Both the position numbers and the translations under genes were made by a program. A model generated the notes under the pieces. The model was given only the letters and a program-made list of their open reading frames with translations. It did no database searches and had not been told where the DNA came from. Below are positions 60,301-64,000 of a stretch of DNA of 64,000 bases, one piece after another. Origin of the DNA: Minisyncoccia bacterium (GTDB lineage: Bacteria > Patescibacteriota > Minisyncoccia > Phycocordibacterales > UBA918); NCBI GenBank assembly GCA_041738755.1, contig JBGSPE010000005.1, positions 79,872-143,871 on the forward strand. Reading direction: 5' to 3'. Numbering within the stretch: position 1 is the first letter of the stretch; the number at the start of each line of letters is the position of its first letter.

Positions 60301-60512
60301 ACACGACCGATGCAACCTTGCAGGGTGGGTCAACCAGGTTTGCGGCAACTGATACATACTCAGCCCTTACTACTGATCCGGAAGAGATAATTTTTAGTTC
60401 TATACCAACCCCGGAAACTGAAGATATTGTATTTAGAGTACGGGTATCAGAGGGACAGCCAGCCGGAGATTATGATACTAATATTGTATATATAGCCGTG
60501 CCAGTGTTCTAA
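54360..60512 (+). CDS. Giant (2050-aa) secreted surface protein with a WxL-like C-terminus; shares repeat modules with the 7696-aa protein
   Basis: Signal peptide present. WNGASW beta-propeller-like repeats. A tandem internal duplication lies at about 55690-56740 / 56740-57790. HYHWR(L/N)DNG ... RLRLGVSN ... F(R/L)LE(Y/F) modules also occur in the 7696-aa protein. The C-terminus is FGSL ... TNATEGYQV ... GYHTTD ... DYDTNIVYIAVPVF. Confidence 0.8.
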   Translation: MKRLRLLKRTNKTISAALLLTLVLDVVGITLINVILLYPSQANAAQVVIDASASTVGDSALTLGANDVFISDQVGYTFYRDSTGQCVYSKTTNGGNSWSTAILVDAQTDCIKLNVWYDRWTPGDTSGTNIHIATLDTSDDDIFYNRLDTNTDTLLLGSTPVNTGINTAQVPVISSAANSHTITKATSGEVFVALNDASDSYAVFCASNCNLTTSWGEAVPRPFDLADDHNLLMPLSGGRVMAINRDISANTMRSSIWNGASWSAWDTFATGAVESGTFDGGFAATLDVETGRIFLAYATDHDNYTTADHDIRTAVYDGSGWTLTTDVFTDAAGRGLHDVGIAYDQNTGEVYITYSVRTAIATATSANIYYRVSSNGMSSWGSEQGPLNTTPGNIYTPSMNLNNYERIYVSWWEPATDDRFGNTVADISPDTQVKSIGNMTSEVRNNANNFYVGGAFTIESISNRSVSEITISETGTVDAQNDINNVKLFYELDTSSPYNCQSESYNGSESQFGGTDTNGFSGPNGQSGFSGTLVNISPTATVCVYVVLDIVSSANDAETIGIEITNPKTDIVSTAANLFPGYPVVLAGNTTIRSSDLTLDHYHWRLDNGTELDADSATGGVEDTTLISLPKESPRRLRLGVSNQGSTSTLPTQFRLEYGISAPTCEAVTTWTDVGAANDAINMLDSTFLTDGNNTTDIAVVDGGVSNGNVTFLTPNGGIRDVNSTTGSVTLATTNFIELEYAIVASASAGEGDTYCFRVTDAGSPLSTYTVYPTATIESDVRVSATGLQVATIDVPTVDNYFGGVFAVRENTSSRSVNSVTVTEIGTVDAEIGLDNIKLFYKFDTSSPYNCASESYTGSESQYGATDGNGFSGPNGTSTFSQSVTITTTQALCLFVVADVTEQAVNGQTVEFSINSASSEVLVSGGGSVAPSQPVTLLSSTTLRGGVLTQTHYHWRNNDGGETDATSATGGVEDVPVVDFTQASPIRLRLGVSNEGATTSVQTRFRLEFAPRITTCENVFVWTDIDATPDDDWDMSDSITLVNGEDTTDIPIGDGGVSNENTSFLSPNGGVRDTESLTGSSTVLETQYVDIEYSLTSTLSTAFNTTYCFRVTSNGTPLPVYTRYAELTTTPKRDFKIQQGNTILTGLSTTITAGVDYTAPSASSTAFIRITNSQHTGAGGTAGGGAQNADDTTAYILNPQNIMTNITFNRVANVRQTFIDWEIIEFVGQPETDNEMIVRDANTIALSGAQLTNTGPVVSGIADDADVVVFVTGVRNSNTSRNYYAGQVTAEWDSVNNQPIFTRGATGAAPIVVSYAVVEFVGGNWKVQRAEHTYSVAGVASTTPITPVNSLERTFLHTQKRMGATTNVASFGHTVWLSSIGDVSFQLYPGATLGQTSVAWVIENIQTGLGAAKVQRQNGSTINGAEPLTLQITLVEEVDAVNNTSLFVTTSANGVGTDTNHPRAVSGARLTAPDAYQLWRSDTGSQLLYRTEVVEWPVADIALRQNYYRFYVDNNEVTPNDPWPQGPSDLGENTSVTVSDEPLGDQEIIRLRTSVRVSNANLSPGIQVFRLQYAERTSTCTAVSEWFELGDNASTTAWRGYAATGTTDGTVLSLNPPTPGDLLLSISDVAGRLEHTNPSIANPYPVYDGEDVEYDWYIQHNGAAPSTVYCFRMVRFDNEPLEGYFNYPQIRTAGFSPATLDWRWYDDAENETPLSPLGLTNAAPTNIGSNDPLSLRVTVRERKGVTGTDIKFKLQFSDDPSFNNPVDVVASSSCLVNSLWCYADGGGVDNAIIQNALLADGAGCVGGVGSGCGTHNESGDYVTGHLHASGLAQEYSFTVVGAAPRVNAVYYFRLYDLSNNQPVPFGVGELQPSLLSEGSNLNFSVSGLPSGTTTAGVVTDVTTTPAAINFGSLPMNTDQVAAQRISVTTNATEGYQVLKYARQQLMNSYGVAISPVNSSNQSPASWATACTLGAVSCFGYHTTDATLQGGSTRFAATDTYSALTTDPEEIIFSSIPTPETEDIVFRVRVSEGQPAGDYDTNIVYIAVPVF

Positions 60513-60519
60513 ATATAGT

Positions 60520-61551
60520 ATGATAGTACATATGCCTCTTAAACTTGCCGTTCTGATACTCTTTGTCTGCGCCTTCGTACTACCTGACGTGAGCAGTGCC
60601 AACGAAGTAGAAATCCGTCCATTTCTAATTGATGAAACAGCTGAAGCTCGTGATGTTATAACGAGAACCATTACCCTTACCAATCAGTATGCCGATAGAA
60701 AAATTACTGTTTTTGCTACAGTAAACGAAATCTCAGTTGGAACTGATGGTGAAATTAAAGAATTTATTACGCCAGTGATGACGGACCGAACGAATACGGT
60801 CACGAGTTGGGTTGAAATAACTCGTGGTGTTATTGAACTCGAACCAGGTGAGACAAAAGAAGTGCCGCTGACGCTGCGTATCCATCCGTACGCAAAGTCT
60901 GGCGAGTATCATGTTTTCTTGGGGTTTGTGCCAGAGCGAAAACGACCAGATGCAGAAGCAGTTGCAATGCGAGGTGAGGCAGACGGTGTAATACTAAAAC
61001 TAACGGTTGCCGACAACAAAACAGAGGCGCTCCGTATCAGCGGGTTTTCTATTGATAGATTTGTAGTTGGTGAAGACAATCAAGATATTGCCATCAAGCT
61101 TCAAAATACGGGACAACTCGCCAGCGTTCCTACGGGAGAGGTGATTTTTTATAATTCAAAAGGAGAAGAAGTCGCCTCGGTACCAGTTAATACTGCTGGT
61201 GTTGAGGTCGCTCCCGGAGCTGAGATTACATTGACCGAAAAACTTCCACTTGATAGTAAACTAGGCAGGTACAAAGCCAATCTGGCACTTGAGTACGGTG
61301 CGACACAGCGAGCAAATCTAGCTGATACAACATTTTTCTATTCACTCCCCATACAACTTATGATTTTAGTGGGGGTCGGTATTCTTATCCTGACGCTTTT
61401 AGTTACGATTCTCTTTAGACGAGCGTTCTTAGAAGAAAAAGATGACGAAGAAGCCCATGATGTAGTACTCTATGTTAAAGATACCCATGATGCTAAGCCA
61501 CAAGACCATGATATTGACCTTACTACCAAGTCTGAAGAAGTACCTTCTTAG
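60520..61551 (+). CDS. TM-anchored DUF916/DUF3324-like surface protein (family B)
   Basis: Signal peptide; IAIKLQNTGQLASVPTGEVIFYN; LGRYKANLALEYG; C-terminal TM plus an acidic tail. Confidence 0.5.
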   Translation: MIVHMPLKLAVLILFVCAFVLPDVSSANEVEIRPFLIDETAEARDVITRTITLTNQYADRKITVFATVNEISVGTDGEIKEFITPVMTDRTNTVTSWVEITRGVIELEPGETKEVPLTLRIHPYAKSGEYHVFLGFVPERKRPDAEAVAMRGEADGVILKLTVADNKTEALRISGFSIDRFVVGEDNQDIAIKLQNTGQLASVPTGEVIFYNSKGEEVASVPVNTAGVEVAPGAEITLTEKLPLDSKLGRYKANLALEYGATQRANLADTTFFYSLPIQLMILVGVGILILTLLVTILFRRAFLEEKDDEEAHDVVLYVKDTHDAKPQDHDIDLTTKSEEVPS

Positions 61552-62767
61552 TACGTTGACGGTATTCCTGATTGTTCCGGGAATACTTCAGGCGCAAGAA
61601 ACACTCACGCTCAGCGTTTCTCCTACTCTGTTTAATATGTCTGCTACGCCAGGTCAGGCCTGGGAAAGCTCAGTTCGAGTAATCAACTCAAATTCATACG
61701 AATTAAATATCTATATAGATGTCGTTAACTTCGCTGCCAACGGCGAATCAGGACAGGGAATGTTTATTCCTGCAGATATTAGTGATGGCGAGAAGGATAC
61801 GTTTGCTGAGTGGATTACAATGGAGCGAAGAGAGATTACCATTGCCCCCGAACAGACTGTCCAAATTCCATTTAGTATTTTAGTACCTGAAAACGCACCA
61901 CCAGGTGGACACTCGGCTGCGCTTTTAATAGGGACGAGGCCGCCCCAAGATCAAACTGATATCACCAAGGTTGAAACCTCACAGGTCATAACGAGTTTGA
62001 TATTTTTACGCGTTTCCGGTGATGTGAATGAGTCTGGTTTGATTAGAGAATTTCGCACCACGTCAGCTATTATTGAAAAGCCTGAAACAAACTTTATTCT
62101 TCGGTTTGAAAATAACGGAAATGTTCACTTGCAACCACAGGGCGAAATAAAAATTTATAATATGTGGGGTCAGGAACGAGGCGTAGTTCCAATTAATCAA
62201 AAGACGTTGTTTGGGAATGTTTTACCACAGAGTATCCGAGCATATAATTTTAATTGGAAAGGGGAGTGGTCTGTCGCTGATATTGGTCGCTACACTGCGG
62301 TTGCAGCTCTTGCCTACGGCGAAGATCAAAAACAATTTACGTCGTTTGAAACTGCATTCTGGATTATTCCCTGGAAGGTGTTACTTGGTATCGTTATTGT
62401 ATTAGGAACATTTATACTACTGTTTACCTGGGCAATTAAGGCATACATCAGACGAATGTTACAGCTTGCCCACGTGCCAGTGCCACAACAGCCACACAAA
62501 GTAACTGTACCAAAAAAGGTGTCAGTAGTAGCGCCGCTTGAAGCGGGTATCTTAGATTTACGATCAAGACTTAAAGATGAGCGAACAGCCGCTGGACGTT
62601 TACAGACGCTAGGGTTATTCATCAAAAACTATCGCTTCTTCTTCCTGATGCTTTGTGCTGTGCTGTTGTTTATTGCCATCTTGGTTTGGTTTATCAGTAG
62701 TGCTTCACAATCAGAAAGGGGGTATGAGTTCACTATAGAAGATGCTGTTACGCCAGCTGAGGAATAG
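61508..62767 (+). CDS. TM-anchored DUF916/DUF3324-like surface protein (family B). The start is taken at ATG 61508, overlapping the upstream gene by 44 nt.
   Basis: The ORF-track start at 61472 lies inside the upstream CDS. From 61508 the N-terminus is MILTLLPSLKKYLLSTLTVFLIVPGILQA, a plausible signal peptide. Also ILRFENNGNVHLQPQGEIKIYN and IGRYTAVAALAYG. C-terminal TM. Confidence 0.5.
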   Translation: MILTLLPSLKKYLLSTLTVFLIVPGILQAQETLTLSVSPTLFNMSATPGQAWESSVRVINSNSYELNIYIDVVNFAANGESGQGMFIPADISDGEKDTFAEWITMERREITIAPEQTVQIPFSILVPENAPPGGHSAALLIGTRPPQDQTDITKVETSQVITSLIFLRVSGDVNESGLIREFRTTSAIIEKPETNFILRFENNGNVHLQPQGEIKIYNMWGQERGVVPINQKTLFGNVLPQSIRAYNFNWKGEWSVADIGRYTAVAALAYGEDQKQFTSFETAFWIIPWKVLLGIVIVLGTFILLFTWAIKAYIRRMLQLAHVPVPQQPHKVTVPKKVSVVAPLEAGILDLRSRLKDERTAAGRLQTLGLFIKNYRFFFLMLCAVLLFIAILVWFISSASQSERGYEFTIEDAVTPAEE

Positions 62768-62804
62768 GTCAGAATAATTTTTAGGAGGGTGCTACTATAT
62801 ACCT

Positions 62805-62927
62805 ATGAGTTCAAAAGTAATCATTCTCATAACACTACTATTCACGCTCATTGTCGTTGGTATGTTCGTATTTGCTTATTTACGGAATGCCGAAATTGAA
62901 AACACTCCAGCAACCTATGAAAATTAG
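62805..62927 (+). CDS. Unannotated 40-aa single-TM small protein (MSSKVIILITLLFTLIVVGMFVFAYLRNAEIENTPATYEN)
   Basis: An AGGAGGG RBS lies about 15 nt upstream of the ATG. Its stop overlaps the start of the downstream thioredoxin-like gene (tATGAaaattag), suggesting translational coupling. Confidence 0.35.
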   Translation: MSSKVIILITLLFTLIVVGMFVFAYLRNAEIENTPATYEN

Positions 62928-63483
62928 TCGCACGTTTACCATAACGAGAACCGGAAGGTATGTCCTTCTTGCGATGTCAGGTACAGTGTTTTGCCTAGCT
63001 GGTTATATTCTGTATTCCTACTTACAAGAGTCTGATGTCAAAAGTGAGACGGAACTACTATTCGAAACTAATGAAAATTATGAACCGTACGCCGATCTTC
63101 TTGGTAACCCTGTAGCCCTGACTGATTACTTAGACAAGGTTATTGTCGTGCATTCCTGGGCAAGCTGGTGCCCAAGTTGTGTTGAACAAATCAAAATGTT
63201 CCAAACATCTACAGCAAATAACAATGACCAGGTTCAAATTATTGCCATCAATCGAGCAGAATCTATCAATACCATTGAACGATTTAAAAATACCTTTTCA
63301 ATTGAAGATTCAGTTTTGATGGTCATTGATCCAAGTGACAGATTTTATAATTCAGTTGGAGCGTATGCTATGCCGGAAACAATTATCTATGACAAAGCAG
63401 GGAACAAGGCTCTTCAGGTCCATGGTGAAATAAGCCAAGAAATACTCGAACAGAAAATTGCCGAGCTTCTCGAAGAGAATTGA
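62917..63483 (+). CDS. Membrane-anchored thioredoxin-like (TlpA/ResA-type) thiol-disulfide oxidoreductase. The start is taken at ATG 62917; the ORF track has 62851.
   Basis: WASWCPSCV CxxC motif in a thioredoxin-fold context, with an N-terminal TM (YVLLAMSGTVFCLAGYILYSYL). Confidence 0.7.
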   Translation: MKISRTFTITRTGRYVLLAMSGTVFCLAGYILYSYLQESDVKSETELLFETNENYEPYADLLGNPVALTDYLDKVIVVHSWASWCPSCVEQIKMFQTSTANNNDQVQIIAINRAESINTIERFKNTFSIEDSVLMVIDPSDRFYNSVGAYAMPETIIYDKAGNKALQVHGEISQEILEQKIAELLEEN

Positions 63484-63507
63484 CAATCGTATGATTATAT
63501 GTATAAT
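63480..63507 (+). promoter_or_regulatory. Near-consensus sigma70 promoter: TTGACA-16 bp-TATAAT
   Basis: ttgaca at 63480-63485 and tataat at 63502-63507; it overlaps the stop of the thioredoxin-like gene. Confidence 0.5.
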
Positions 63508-63609
63508 GTAGGTAGAGTAGTTCATTAGCTACTCATACACGTCTGTGCCCAGCCGATATTTAGTTGGAGCTTACTATCGAGGTAAGTTTCTGGTCACAAT
63601 TTCACCTGT

Positions 63610-63765
63610 ATGCGTAATGCAATTGGATTTCTGATAATTCTCTTTGGATTATCACAATTCTTCTCTACAAGCATTTCTGCTCTTGATGGTGCTGCACGCG
63701 AGACATTTAAGACTGTCGAAATCGCTGCCGTGAAATCACAGCAACAAATCTTGGAAGAGAAATAA
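63610..63765 (+). CDS. Unannotated 51-aa small secreted or membrane peptide (MRNAIGFLIILFGLSQFFSTSISALDGAARETFKTVEIAAVKSQQQILEEK)
   Basis: The ORF lies between a consensus promoter (63480) and a terminator (63772). The N-terminus is hydrophobic and signal-like. Confidence 0.35.
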   Translation: MRNAIGFLIILFGLSQFFSTSISALDGAARETFKTVEIAAVKSQQQILEEK

Positions 63766-63771
63766 CGATGT

Positions 63772-63806
63772 AAGGACTGAGCTATTCGCTTAGTCCTTTT
63801 TGGTAT
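63772..63806 (+). terminator. Intrinsic terminator hairpin (aaggactgagc ... gcttagtcctt) followed by ttttt
   Basis: Read directly from the sequence after the small ORF. Confidence 0.6.
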
Positions 63807-63834
63807 GGTGCATATATGCTATATAATGTGACTA

Positions 63835-64000
63835 TGCAATTAAGTCGGGTCGTTGAATATGTATTTTTCTTTGGGCTTTTGCTGCTCTCTGGCTACATGG
63901 TATGGCAGATTGCAGCACCGTTTGTGAGCGCAATTGCCTTAGCTGCCATTATTGTGGTTATTTGTGAGCCATTACATCAACGAATCAAACGAGTTACGCC
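63835..64000 (+). CDS. 3'-truncated CDS, possibly an AI-2E family (PerM/YhhT-like) permease N-terminus
   Basis: MQLSRVVEYVFFFGLLLLSGYMVWQIAAPFVSAIALAAIIVVICEPLHQRIKRVT runs to the window edge and resembles the AI-2E TM1-TM2 region (...P.l.R). Confidence 0.35.

Overview
This 64-kb window is an almost uniformly plus-strand-coded cell-surface superlocus. About 40 of 41 genes are on the + strand. It looks like a Gram-positive-type or possibly CPR/Patescibacteria-like bacterium; that is inferred from the AGAGG-type RBS, the giant surface proteins and the cohesin/dockerin and WxL-like modules. Nearly every ORF encodes a signal-peptide or TM-anchored protein built from Ig-like/FN3, LamG, DUF2341, beta-propeller and low-complexity Gly-rich or Pro-Thr linker modules. 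One gene is a 23-kb CDS encoding a 7696-aa protein and another encodes a 2050-aa protein. Three cell-surface themes stand out. First, a non-cellulosomal cohesin-dockerin set: 4 cohesin-like proteins, 2 dockerin-bearing proteins and 1 cohesin+dockerin adaptor. The dockerin Ca-binding loops read DxNxDGRxNxTD. Second, repeated pairs of a secreted protein with a WxL-like C-terminus followed by a DUF916/DUF3324-like TM-anchored protein, resembling csc/WxL cell-surface-complex clusters of Firmicutes. Third, an N-terminal head domain shared between proteins that carry alternative anchoring modules (WxL-like vs dockerin). The few non-surface genes are a umuD-umuC pair interrupted by GH18 and NUDIX genes, an Hsp20, a MacB/FtsE-FtsX-type ABC pair, a thioredoxin-like oxidoreductase and the start of an AI-2E-type permease. 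Several strong intrinsic-terminator hairpins, a near-consensus sigma70 promoter and two unannotated small ORFs are visible. No rRNA, tRNA, CRISPR or transposase was found.
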